From Methanothrix sp. (GTDB taxonomy: Archaea > Halobacteriota > Methanosarcinia > Methanotrichales > Methanotrichaceae), in NCBI GenBank assembly GCA_963682135.1, contig OY821645.1, positions 64,001 to 128,000 of the forward strand: DNA of 64,000 bases. Direction: 5' to 3'. Position 1 is the first letter of the stretch, and every line of letters starts with the position of its first letter. This document shows positions 46,402-56,666 of this stretch, piece after piece. A program made the translations under genes and the position numbers. A model generated the notes under the pieces. The model saw only the letters and a list, made by a program, of their open reading frames with translations, searched no databases and was not told the DNA's origin.

Positions 46402-48408
46402 ATGGCGAAGGATTTCCGTCCGGACCCGGATCAATTATTAGAGCGACTAACGCACGAGGAAAAAGTGGCCAGCAGCAGCCGTGGACATCTCAAGATTTTG
46501 CTGGGCGCGGCGGCGGGCGTCGGCAAGACATATCAAATGCTGGAAGAGGCGCAGCAACTAAAAAAGAGCTGTGTGGATGTCGTCGTTGCACTGGTGGAGA
46601 CACATGGACGGCATGAGACCGAGGTTCTGCTGGAGGGGCTGGAGGTTATTCCTCGCTGCCGTCTCAATCGAGGCGGTCTGGAGATAGAAGAGATGGATCT
46701 GGACGCAGTCCTGGCACGCCATCCGGCTGTCGCCCTGGTGGATGAGCTGGCTCATGCCAATGCACCGGACCTTCGCCATGCCAGGCGCTACCAGGATGTA
46801 GAAGAGCTGCTTGTTGCGGGCATAAGCGTCTACACAACCCTGAACGTCCAGCACATTGAGAGCCTCAATGATATCATATTTCAGATAACAGGAGTTCGAG
46901 TTCGAGAGACTCTGCCGGACAGGATATTAGAGCAGGCCGATGAGATTGAAGTTGTAGACCTGACTCCGGAGGATCTGCTGCAGCGGTTTAAGGATGGCAA
47001 AGTGTACGTACCCTCCCAGGCAGAGCAAGCCATTCAGCGCTTTTTCCGCAAAGGCAACCTGCTGGGACTAAGAGAGATAGCTCTGAGATATGCTGCTCGC
47101 ATGGTTGATGAGGACATGCGCACCTACATGGATGGGCATGGCATCCTGGGACCCTGGCCGGCTGGATCGAGATTGCTGGTCTGCATAAATGCCAGTGCCT
47201 TCTCCGAGCGTCTGATACGCATAGGGCAGCGCATGGCTGCAGACCAGGATGCCGAGTGGTTTGCGGTTTATGTAGAATCTCCTCAAGATACATCATCCAC
47301 GGAGACTGCTCGGGATCAACTGGCGCGCAACTTGACGCTGGCAAGAGAGCTGGGGGCAGAGGTCCAGGTTCTGAGCTCCCAGAATATAGCTGAGGAGGTC
47401 ATGGCCTTCTCCAGAGAACACAATATCACGGTAATCGTCGTCGGACTGCCGCGTCGCCGTTTTTGGAACCAATTGCGAAGTGGATCAGTGGTAAACGAGA
47501 TTATAAAACGGAGCGGACTGATCCATGTGCTCGTCATAGGCGGCGCACAAGCCGATCAGGCCGAACATGAGGCAGCGTCGCTTGCAGGCGACATGAACTG
47601 GCGGCAGTTTTTCGGCAGCCTCCTAATTGTAGCGGCAACAGTCGCTTTTTGCTGGCCGCTGCAAAATCCCCTGGGCCTCATTAACATCGCCATGATCCTG
47701 CTTTTGCCTGTGATCTACAGCGGAATGACCTGGGGCAAGCGCTCAGGTCTGATCACGTCGCTACTGGCCGTAGTCGCCCTGGATTTCTTCTTCGTGCCAC
47801 CTAAGATGACATTGGCAGTCGAAGATCTGCACTATTTGCCCGTGTTCATAGTCTTCGTTATAGTAGGAATAATAACCAGCTTTCTGGCGGATCTGGTAAG
47901 ATGGCAGGGCGAGAGCGCTCGTCAAAGGGAACGTTTTGTCTCCGCTCTTTATTCCTTCAGTCGCAACCTCATGGCAGCCGGAAACGGGCAGGAGCTCTTA
48001 AGCTGCGCCGCCCGAGAGATTGCCCAGGTCTTCGAATGTGTTGTGATGATCCTTCTGCCTGATGAAACCGGACGGCTCAGGGAACGGGCCAAGATGGGAG
48101 AACACCTGATATTTGATGAACGCAAGCTGGGTGTGGCCACCTGGGTCCTCAGACACGGCCAGGAAGCAGGACACGGCACGCAGACACTTTCCTCCGCGAC
48201 CCTCTCTTACCTGCCGCTCAAGACCAAAGAGGTCACCATTGGTGTTTTGGGTGTGGGACTGGGTAAGGAGGAGCAGCTCTTGCAGCCTGAGCAGAAGAGG
48301 TTGCTGGAAGCATTCACGAACATCCTGGCCCTGGCTTTAGACCGGAGAAATGAATTAGGCGTGCACACAGATGCAAATAAAAATCAAGCGGAAACTCTTA
48401 TATCCTAA
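46402..48408 (+). CDS. kdpD: KdpD sensor lacking the histidine kinase domain (KdpD-USP-TM-GAF)
   Basis: GAAAGVGKT, VDELAH, NVQHIESLND, DFFFVPP and a GAF domain. The ORF ends before any SHDLRTPL H-box. Confidence 0.88.
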   Translation: MAKDFRPDPDQLLERLTHEEKVASSSRGHLKILLGAAAGVGKTYQMLEEAQQLKKSCVDVVVALVETHGRHETEVLLEGLEVIPRCRLNRGGLEIEEMDLDAVLARHPAVALVDELAHANAPDLRHARRYQDVEELLVAGISVYTTLNVQHIESLNDIIFQITGVRVRETLPDRILEQADEIEVVDLTPEDLLQRFKDGKVYVPSQAEQAIQRFFRKGNLLGLREIALRYAARMVDEDMRTYMDGHGILGPWPAGSRLLVCINASAFSERLIRIGQRMAADQDAEWFAVYVESPQDTSSTETARDQLARNLTLARELGAEVQVLSSQNIAEEVMAFSREHNITVIVVGLPRRRFWNQLRSGSVVNEIIKRSGLIHVLVIGGAQADQAEHEAASLAGDMNWRQFFGSLLIVAATVAFCWPLQNPLGLINIAMILLLPVIYSGMTWGKRSGLITSLLAVVALDFFFVPPKMTLAVEDLHYLPVFIVFVIVGIITSFLADLVRWQGESARQRERFVSALYSFSRNLMAAGNGQELLSCAAREIAQVFECVVMILLPDETGRLRERAKMGEHLIFDERKLGVATWVLRHGQEAGHGTQTLSSATLSYLPLKTKEVTIGVLGVGLGKEEQLLQPEQKRLLEAFTNILALALDRRNELGVHTDANKNQAETLIS

Positions 48409-48621
48409 GATCGCTATTGAGGCGAGCTTCAGATGGAATCAATGGCACATTGGAGGGATTTATTACTACAGCTTTCGACAGGATGAATACCGTTGGAGGC
48501 TGCTCTCGATCCGCATGAGTGATCTTTTTTCACAAAATGGTATATCAATTCCTATATGTTCGAACCTAGGTTCTCCATTCCTAATGCTTGAATCCTGGGT
48601 TTGAATTATGGGGAGGGATAA

Positions 48622-50184
48622 ATGAAGCTTCGAATCGTCTTTGATATAATAGGCACCGTGCTGAAGATCATGGGTTTGTTGCTCTTAGTGCCGGGAATGG
48701 TCTCGGCTTACTACCATGAAACCAGTGGAATTGCCGCCTTTGCTCTGACATCTCTCTTCTCTATAGGCACAGGCATCATCCTCAGTCGGCTGGGGACAAA
48801 AGGAGATGTGGGTGGTAAAGAAGCCTTCGCCGCCGTCTCTTTGGGGTGGCTTGCTGCCACGTTCTTCGGGGCTTTGCCCTTTGCATTTCTGGGCCTGGGG
48901 CCAGTCGATGCTCTCTTTGAATCCGTATCGGGCTTCTCGGCAACCGGGGCTACGATTCTTGTCGAGTCAAACGCCCTGGGGTACTACATTGTCAATTCCA
49001 CTCTGGTCAATAATAGTATCTGCGCCGATCTTATTAATGGGGTGACAGGCGATATGGCAGGCTACAATATCGCCTTGCGGGCCATAAATAGCCAGACATT
49101 TTACGGCCTGCTCTTCTGGCGCTCCTTCCAGCAACTCATCGGGGGTTTGGGCATAATTTTGATGGTTGTGGCCATCTTTCCCCAACTGCGCGTGGCCGGT
49201 CGCCAGCTTTACCGGGCCGAGACTGTTGGGCCCAGCAAGGATACCATCACGCCGCGGGCCACAGCCACTGCCAGAATTCTCTGGAAGGTGTATCTGCTCT
49301 TCAACGGCCTGCAAATAATACTGCTTTACGCAGCAGGCATGCCTTTTTATGATGCAGTATGCACTGCTTTTTCCACACTGGCCACGGGCGGCTTCTCTCC
49401 CCAGGCTTCCAGCCTAGTAGCCTACAACAGCCCCATCATCGAAGCAATTGTCGCCGTTTTTATCGTCCTGGGCATGTCTAGTTTCACTCTGCACTACAAA
49501 GTCCTCACCTCAGAGCGGCTGGCCTGGTTCAAAGATGAGGAATTCAGGTTCATGATCACCATCCTGGTCATCGCCACCGCAGTCCTGCTCTTCTTTGGCG
49601 GGATTGATGGGGGGCTGACGGAGCGTTTTCGGTTTGCCTCTTTCCAGGTCATATCATTCATGGGAACGTGCGGCTTTGTCAATTCCCTGGATTACGATAA
49701 ATGGTCTACTGCTGCTAAGCTGGCTATGATCATGGTCATGCTCATCGGGGGGTGCATCGGCTCGACTGCAGGTGGCATCAAAGTGGGACGGCTTCTGGTG
49801 GGCTGCAAGTATGCTTACAACGAACTTCGCCATATGATTCATCCCCATCTAGTGATGTCGGTTCGTCTGGGTGAGGCTCGTGTCCAGGAAGAGGTTCTCC
49901 GTCCCATGCTCTTCTATTCTTTCTTCTACCTGGCAATCTGGCTGGCACTATCTCTGGTTCTGGCCATGGTCTCGTCCGGTGATTCGCGAGTTGATCTCAC
50001 GGTCGTGGCCTCGGCAATTGCCTCCTGCATGGGTGGGGTGGGTCCGGGCTTTGGCATTATCACCTTTGACTGGTCGCAGATGTCGAATGCTGCCAAGATG
50101 ATCGGCTTCTTTGCCATGTACATCGGACGGCTGGAGCTGATGCCCATATTCTTATTATTTATTCCAGAACTATGGAGGAAATAA
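48622..50184 (+). CDS. trkH: TrkH K+ uptake membrane protein (divergent pore motifs)
   Basis: FESVSGFSATG, GGLGII, ATGGF, GSTAGGIK and GRLE. Confidence 0.93.
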   Translation: MKLRIVFDIIGTVLKIMGLLLLVPGMVSAYYHETSGIAAFALTSLFSIGTGIILSRLGTKGDVGGKEAFAAVSLGWLAATFFGALPFAFLGLGPVDALFESVSGFSATGATILVESNALGYYIVNSTLVNNSICADLINGVTGDMAGYNIALRAINSQTFYGLLFWRSFQQLIGGLGIILMVVAIFPQLRVAGRQLYRAETVGPSKDTITPRATATARILWKVYLLFNGLQIILLYAAGMPFYDAVCTAFSTLATGGFSPQASSLVAYNSPIIEAIVAVFIVLGMSSFTLHYKVLTSERLAWFKDEEFRFMITILVIATAVLLFFGGIDGGLTERFRFASFQVISFMGTCGFVNSLDYDKWSTAAKLAMIMVMLIGGCIGSTAGGIKVGRLLVGCKYAYNELRHMIHPHLVMSVRLGEARVQEEVLRPMLFYSFFYLAIWLALSLVLAMVSSGDSRVDLTVVASAIASCMGGVGPGFGIITFDWSQMSNAAKMIGFFAMYIGRLELMPIFLLFIPELWRK

Positions 50185-50185
50185 C

Positions 50186-51505
50186 ATGCGTATCTTAATT
50201 ACCGGAGCTGGCGAGGTAGGTTTTCTCATAGCCAGCGAGCTTTACGCGGATCATGATGTAACCGTCATAGACAAGAACCCGGCTGCCTGTGCCAGGCTGC
50301 AGGACATGGACGTGAAGGTCTTGCAGGGCAATTCTGCCAACGCCCGTCTGCTCATTATGGCCGGCATCAATAAAGCGGACATAGTAGCGGCTGTGACAGG
50401 CAACGATGAGGTGAATGTGATCACCTGCATCATAGCCAGTCACCTGGGCGTGCGCCAGACCATTGCTAGAGTAAGCAACCCGGAGTACATTGATCAGCCG
50501 GTCCAGGATCGAAAGGAGATAGGCATAAGCTACATGATATGTCCGGAGCTGGCCATGGCTGAGGATCTGGCTAGATCTCTGTATTTTCCGTCCATGCTCC
50601 TGGATAGGGAGCTGGCGGGGGGCAAGGTCGAGCTGATCGAGTTCAAGGTCACCGAAGAAATGCCTCTGCAGGGGCCAGTCGGTGAGGTCAATGTCAACCT
50701 TCCGGATGGCTGCAAAATCATGGCCATAAACAGAAAGGGTGATATCAGCATACCTTTGAAAGAAGATCTGATCATTTCCGAGGATCACCTTTTCCTCCTT
50801 TGCGACCCGAAATCGCTTCCCGATTTGAGAAGAATGCTTCACGAGGAGTCCTCGCCACATAAGGCCCTCATCGTCGGAGGTGGAATGGTTGGATTTTATC
50901 TGGCGAGCCGGCTGGAGAAGATGGGACTGGATGTGAAACTGATCGAAGTGAATACAGAGCGGTGCATAGAGATTGCAGACAAGCTCTCCCGCACAATGAT
51001 CCTCAACGGAGACGGAACTGACATCTCGCTCTTGAAAGAAGAGGGTGCAGAATTTATGGATGTGGTCTTCGCTGTCACCGGCCTGGATGAAAAGAACCTT
51101 CTCTGCTCATTGCTCGCCAAGCAACTGGGTACAAAAAAAATCCTCTCTCGAGTAAACAGGTATGATTACATAAAGCTCTTCGAACTGGTGGGAGTAGACA
51201 GAGCTGTCAGCCCTGGTCAGGTAACTGCCGATGCCGTGCTGCAGAGAGTTAGCGGAGGAGAAGAGGTTATAACCCTGAGCGACGAGAGAATGGAACTGGT
51301 GGATTTCATAGCCAAGGCGGGTGCTAAAATCATAGGAAAGAACGTCTGCAAAGAACTGCCCAAGGACTCCATGGTGGGCATGATCTTGAGAGATGGAAGA
51401 CCGATGATGCCCGATGATGGCTTTAAGGTCAAAGAAGGTGACCGCGTATTTGTGATGTCCATGCCCGAGGTCGTCGCCAAGGTAAAGAAGCTCTTCATAT
51501 CCTGA
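50186..51505 (+). CDS. trkA: TrkA RCK regulatory subunit
   Basis: Two Rossmann motifs GAGEVG and GGGMVG, plus DEVN and DEKN. Confidence 0.94.
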   Translation: MRILITGAGEVGFLIASELYADHDVTVIDKNPAACARLQDMDVKVLQGNSANARLLIMAGINKADIVAAVTGNDEVNVITCIIASHLGVRQTIARVSNPEYIDQPVQDRKEIGISYMICPELAMAEDLARSLYFPSMLLDRELAGGKVELIEFKVTEEMPLQGPVGEVNVNLPDGCKIMAINRKGDISIPLKEDLIISEDHLFLLCDPKSLPDLRRMLHEESSPHKALIVGGGMVGFYLASRLEKMGLDVKLIEVNTERCIEIADKLSRTMILNGDGTDISLLKEEGAEFMDVVFAVTGLDEKNLLCSLLAKQLGTKKILSRVNRYDYIKLFELVGVDRAVSPGQVTADAVLQRVSGGEEVITLSDERMELVDFIAKAGAKIIGKNVCKELPKDSMVGMILRDGRPMMPDDGFKVKEGDRVFVMSMPEVVAKVKKLFIS

Positions 51506-51598
51506 TTTCAGTCCAGGCACATATTTTTATAGCAGGGTGAACGGAGAGTTGTCGACAAAAGGAGGATGCACCCCGGCCCCCTAGGGTGATATTGTTCA

Positions 51599-53167
51599 AT
51601 GAGGATCAGGGTATTTCTTCGGCTTTTTGCCTCGCTTCTTAAGATTCTAGCGGTCTTGCTGCTTATACCCGGAGCCGTTGCTGCCTATTATGGAGAGACG
51701 GGGGGGGTCATCGCCTTCGCCGTAACTTCTCTTCTCACCCTAGCCTCTGGAATTGCTCTGGGGCGTCTCTCTTCGAGTGAGGAGCCGGGCCTCAAAGAGG
51801 GCTTTGCCCTTGTCTCTTTGGGCTGGCTTGGTGCTGCCTTCTTCGGCAGCCTGCCTTACGTCTTCCTAGGGCTCAGCCTCATTGACGGTCTATTCGAATC
51901 CATGTCGGCCTTTACCACTACCGGCTCCTCAATACTGACGGAGTCAAATGCAGAAGGCTACTGGATTATCAACAGCGCGTTAGCCAACAGCAGCCTGGCG
52001 CATAGCCTGGAGCTTGGCGTAAGGAGCCTGACTGCCAACAGCACATGGCTGCAGATCAGCAGCAGCCCGGATAAGACCTATATGGGACTGCTCTTTTGGC
52101 GGTCTTTTGCCCAGTGGCTGGGCGGAATGGGTATAATACTACTATTCGTGGCTATATTGCCGCGCCTGGGAGTGGCTGGACGACAGCTCTACCGGGCAGA
52201 GGTGCCAGGTCCGGATAAGGATGCACTCACTCCGCGCATAAAACAGACCGCCCGGGTGCTCTGGGTGGTCTACATCTTTATGACAGTGGCTGAGATCGTG
52301 TTCCTCTATGCGGTAGGAATGCCCCTCTTCGACTCGCTTTGCAATACCTTTGCCTCCATGGCCACAGGCGGCTTCTCTCCCCAGGCCCTCAGCATAGCCG
52401 CGTATAAAAGCGGGATTATTGACGGCATTATCACACTGTTCATGTTTTTAGCCGGAGCCAACTTCGCCCTTCATTACAAATTCCTAAACTCCGATCGAAA
52501 GGCCCTTTTCAAGGACGCAGAGTTTCGATTTTACAGCCTGATAGTCCTGGCGACTACCGCCATTATCGTTCTCTGGGGGGGCCTGCAGGGCGACATCATC
52601 CGTAAGATCCAGCTGGCCGGCTTCCAGGTGGTCTCCGTCATGACCACTACCGGCTTTGCCACGACGGATTTCGATCAGTGGACGGCTGCCGCCAAATTCA
52701 CTCTGCTGCTGCTCATGCTTATCGGCGCATGTGCCGGTTCCACGGGTGGAGCCATTAAGGTGGTAAGAATACTGTTGGTTCTAAAAAGCGTCTACCGCGA
52801 GCTGCTTCATTCCCTGCATCCCAAGGCCGTGATTCCCCTGAAGCTGGGGGGAATTTCGGTCAAGGATGAGGTGCTGCGGCCCAGCAACATTTTCGTGGCC
52901 ACATACTTATTCATCTTTGCCGTAGCCTCGCTGCTCCTGGCCATCATCTGCTACGACGATCCGCGCATGAATATCGAGTCCATCCTTTCTGCGGTGGCGA
53001 CAACGCTTGGCAATGCTGGACCGGGATTTGGCAGCGTGGGACCGATGTTGAGCTTTGCCGAAATTCATCCTGCCGGAAAGATGCTGCTCTTCTTTTGCAT
53101 GTGGATCGGTCGGCTGGAGATAGTGACAGCCCTGATGCTGCTGGTGCCTGAGTTTTGGAGGAAATAA
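51599..53167 (+). CDS. trkH: TrkH K+ uptake membrane protein
   Basis: FTTTG, QWLGGMG, ATGGF, TTTGF, GNAGPG and GRLE. Confidence 0.95.
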   Translation: MRIRVFLRLFASLLKILAVLLLIPGAVAAYYGETGGVIAFAVTSLLTLASGIALGRLSSSEEPGLKEGFALVSLGWLGAAFFGSLPYVFLGLSLIDGLFESMSAFTTTGSSILTESNAEGYWIINSALANSSLAHSLELGVRSLTANSTWLQISSSPDKTYMGLLFWRSFAQWLGGMGIILLFVAILPRLGVAGRQLYRAEVPGPDKDALTPRIKQTARVLWVVYIFMTVAEIVFLYAVGMPLFDSLCNTFASMATGGFSPQALSIAAYKSGIIDGIITLFMFLAGANFALHYKFLNSDRKALFKDAEFRFYSLIVLATTAIIVLWGGLQGDIIRKIQLAGFQVVSVMTTTGFATTDFDQWTAAAKFTLLLLMLIGACAGSTGGAIKVVRILLVLKSVYRELLHSLHPKAVIPLKLGGISVKDEVLRPSNIFVATYLFIFAVASLLLAIICYDDPRMNIESILSAVATTLGNAGPGFGSVGPMLSFAEIHPAGKMLLFFCMWIGRLEIVTALMLLVPEFWRK

Positions 53168-53221
53168 AATAGCATAATTTCGGTTTTAGAGAGCATCGTC
53201 ATTTTGGGGCGCATATTCTTT

Positions 53222-54094
53222 TTACTTTTCCCGGATTCGCGCGTTGATTACCCTGTCCGACCTCAACAGAGCCTCATGCGTTCCCCCATAGTGCCTGGCC
53301 GCCTCTACCATAATCTGCTTGAAGCCCTCCAGATCACCAGCGTCTGCTTTTTCACTAAGCCGCATGCATTCCGCCACAAAAGTCTGCCGAACGGCTGCCG
53401 CCTTGGGATTCTTCTGGATGGAGGCATAAAGCTCAGGATTCTGATCCAAGATTCGGCCCACAAAATCGATCATGATCTCGTAGACCGGAGACATGAATTT
53501 TCTGGATCTTTGCACATCAAAGTCCAGAGTGCGCAGCGCCGCTCCTATGCCGATGTAGGCAAAATGAGTGAGCGCCTGCACCACCGCCATGATCTCGTCG
53601 TGCTCCTCTGCATCCAGGATTTCCACGTTGGCTCCGTCCGACGCGAAGAGCGACTGCATGATGGAAAGCCACTTTCCCGTCTTTCCCTCCACCGGCGTGA
53701 GGATGATGGTCTGGCCGCGAAGCGTCGGCATGGTAGGCCCGAACATGGGGTGCGTGCCCAAAACCTCCACACCCTTGGGGGCATAGGTCTTCATGGCCTT
53801 TACAGGCCCGGACTTGATGGAGGTCACATCCATGATCAGGCTGCCGGGATGCATGTGGGGCGCTACCTCACGGATTATCTCCACGGTCTTCTCGATAAGC
53901 ACACTGACCAGGACGATGTCGCTTTTTTCGACTTCCTGCATCATGTCCTGAGCATAGCGTACTCCCAGTCGCTCGGCTACCTCCACCTTGCCGCTCGGTC
54001 CCCAGACCGCCACATCAAAGCCCTTTTCCTTAAAGTAGCGGGCAAACCAGGAACCGGTCTCGCCCGTGCCACCCAAAATCAGTATGCTAGCCAT
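53222..54094 (-). CDS. tyrA: Prephenate dehydrogenase
   Basis: ILGGTGETG, DVTSIK, HPMFGP and EHDEIMAVVQALTH. Confidence 0.93.
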   Translation of the reverse strand: MASILILGGTGETGSWFARYFKEKGFDVAVWGPSGKVEVAERLGVRYAQDMMQEVEKSDIVLVSVLIEKTVEIIREVAPHMHPGSLIMDVTSIKSGPVKAMKTYAPKGVEVLGTHPMFGPTMPTLRGQTIILTPVEGKTGKWLSIMQSLFASDGANVEILDAEEHDEIMAVVQALTHFAYIGIGAALRTLDFDVQRSRKFMSPVYEIMIDFVGRILDQNPELYASIQKNPKAAAVRQTFVAECMRLSEKADAGDLEGFKQIMVEAARHYGGTHEALLRSDRVINARIREK

Positions 54095-54592
54095 TGCGCC
54101 ATCGCCCTCCACGTCATCTGGTTATGAAGATGCATTTAAGCTTCCTAAAGCTTTGCATTTTGCCCATCTTCGAGCCAGTCGAGACTTTGCGCGAGATTCA
54201 ACCGTGTCCGGGTTCACGCGAAGGCGCAAAGTCGCGAAGTCCCGACGACACATGCCCATCGTCCAACCAGATTTCGCCTTCAAACAGACCGGGAGCCTGA
54301 GGGCCCCGGCCTCTTCCTAGGCAATGTCTCCCGCCCTTGTAGACTCCATGCACTTCACTTGCGAGCCGCTGGGTGAGCGGGCAGCCTTCTGCAAGGTCCT
54401 TCCTGCAGTTGCCTGAAACGGACCGGTGCATGAAAGGTGGTTCTATGGCACTGTTTAAAATTTGTAAATATGCTATAGAATTATAGGAGACAAGCAGGCC
54501 AAAATTCACGATTTTCTAAGCGTCACTCTATTTCTCGCAGACAGGCACATGAATGCAAAGATATACATAACTATCGCATAACATTAGAGCAC

Positions 54593-54766
54593 ATGAGCGA
54601 GATAGTCTTACAGGTGCCAGATGATGCTGGAAGACTATCATCCGGAGCAGCAGCCAGACTGGCAGGAATACCAAGAACGCTTTTCCTTACCAGATTGGCG
54701 AACTATGGTGTTGATACCTTTCGCCTGACAGAAGAAGACCTCAAGGCGGAGGCATCTCTTGCCTGA
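54593..54766 (+). pseudogene. UPF0175 family antitoxin-like gene, apparently internally deleted
   Basis: MSEIVLQVPDDA joins directly to GRLSSGAAARLAGIPRTLFL..LANYGV (57 aa). The overlapping TTG CCT GAG start of a partner toxin diverges at once. Confidence 0.6.
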
Positions 54767-54845
54767 GATCAGGTGCATCATCTATCTCAAGACACTCCAT
54801 CAGCACCAGCAAATTGACCCCAAGCCGAGCACGATCATCTGTCAT

Positions 54846-55946
54846 CTATTCCTCTCTCATCTCCGTCTGCCCCCGCGCCAGCCTTATGGCCTCGTGCAGC
54901 TTTGCCTCCAGCAATCCCTTTGGCGGCAGCTCCACCAGATATTCAGCCACCCGGATCTCGCCCCGGTCGAGCTGCAACAGCTCAATCTGCTCCCGGTTCT
55001 TCTCGCCGCACAGTATCAGGCCAATGGGCAGATCCTCGCCCGGCCGGCGCTCGTACCTATCCAGCCAACGTAGGTAGAGTTCCATCTGCCCCTTGTGAGC
55101 GGGATCGAAACCCCCCAGCTTTAACTCTATGGCCACCAGGCGACGCAAGCTGCGATGGTAGAAGAGCATATCCAGGTAAAAGTCCCGATCGCCAATGGTC
55201 ATGCGTTTCTGGCGGGCGATGAAAGAAAAGTCGGTGCCCAGCTCCAGCAGAAACCTCTCCAGCTCCCTCAGTATGGCCGCCTCTAAATCGCGCTCACTGT
55301 AGGTGTCCTCCAGCCTCAGGAAGTCCAGTAGATAAGGGTCCCGAAAGACCAGATCGGGCGTCATGAGGTCCTCTTCCTGTAAGGCTTCCAGTTCCTGTCT
55401 GGCCAGTTTCTCGGGCTTGCGGGAGATGGCGGTGCGCTCATAAAGCATGCCCTGAATCTTCCGTCGCAGCGTTCGCACGCTCCAGCGTTCCACCCTTGTC
55501 ATCTCTGCGTAAAACTGGCGTTGCAGAGGGTCCTTGAGGTAGATGATTTCAATGAAATGGGACCACGACAATAGTCCAGACAGTGTCTGGACTATCTTGG
55601 GATCGTCGAAAACCTCGGCAAAACGGATCATGTGAAACACATTGCTGCGGCGAAATCCCTTGCCGTACTCTGCAGTCAGCCTCTCGCTCACCAATTCGAC
55701 AACTTTCGCTCCATACTCGGCCCGGTTCTCGGCTGGCAAGTCCTCGAAGATGCGCTTTCCTATCTGCCAGTAGAGCATGACCAGCTCGGAGTTAACCGAC
55801 TGTGCTACACGGCGGCGTGAATTTTCGACTAAGAAGCTGATATCGTCAAGGAGTCGCTTGGAGTCGATGGCATCGGTGTTTATCCCGGATTCTTTCATCT
55901 TGCCTGCCGATGGTAGCTCATCTTTAACCTTGAGATCTTTCGTCAT
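54846..55946 (-). CDS. YhcG/DUF1016 PD-(D/E)XK nuclease family protein
   Basis: LYWQIGKRI, LSWSH, RDPYLLDFL, FLLELG, DMLFYHRSLRRLVAIELK and GQMELYL. Confidence 0.92.
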   Translation of the reverse strand: MTKDLKVKDELPSAGKMKESGINTDAIDSKRLLDDISFLVENSRRRVAQSVNSELVMLYWQIGKRIFEDLPAENRAEYGAKVVELVSERLTAEYGKGFRRSNVFHMIRFAEVFDDPKIVQTLSGLLSWSHFIEIIYLKDPLQRQFYAEMTRVERWSVRTLRRKIQGMLYERTAISRKPEKLARQELEALQEEDLMTPDLVFRDPYLLDFLRLEDTYSERDLEAAILRELERFLLELGTDFSFIARQKRMTIGDRDFYLDMLFYHRSLRRLVAIELKLGGFDPAHKGQMELYLRWLDRYERRPGEDLPIGLILCGEKNREQIELLQLDRGEIRVAEYLVELPPKGLLEAKLHEAIRLARGQTEMREE

Positions 55947-56666
55947 GCCTTCACCGCTTGTCTTGGCCAGATTTCAGCTCAGCTTTTATTTTATCCCTTC
56001 GTCAGGAAGTCTCTGCCATTGATTCTTTTTGTTTCTTTCTTGTCGTCCTCGCGCCAGGAGGCCATTTCAGTTAGGTGCAAGTCTTGCAGTCCCTTCTGGC
56101 TCTCGTTGACTGATCTCAATTATCCCACATGGTCAGATCCTCCGACCTGTCTTGGACCTTGAGGGCCGCCTCCGCCTCTCCTTGCAGCCCTTGCCCCTCG
56201 CAGAGGCGGGCCCGCAGGCGCACGGGCGGCCTTCTGCAGGGCTCGGGCGTGCCTGACCAGCTACCAGGCGGTTCTTCTCAGGGCCTTCCTGCGCTAGCCG
56301 GCAGCGGTGTCGTGCATGAGAATAGTTTTAAGGCATTTTACTTAATGCTTATTATAATGTCATAGAACTATTTGGACTGGCATGCTGAAGACCTGCAAGT
56401 TATATGTACTACATTATACAAACCTCTCAACTCGGCTTAAATCGCCTTTAGCCTAACTTCCCATTTCACTACACTATGGAATGATTTATCGACAATTGCC
56501 CGTTATCGGATTTTCGGTGTCAGTGAGGATAAAAAGTCCCTGCAGAATCCGCCGTGCAACATCTGGGGGTCTGGCTCAGAAAGTATTCTTATAATAACAT
56601 CCCTGTGGTAAAAAAGTTATCAAAAAAGAGGGGATAAAAGTATAGGTTACACATATATAGCCTCTT

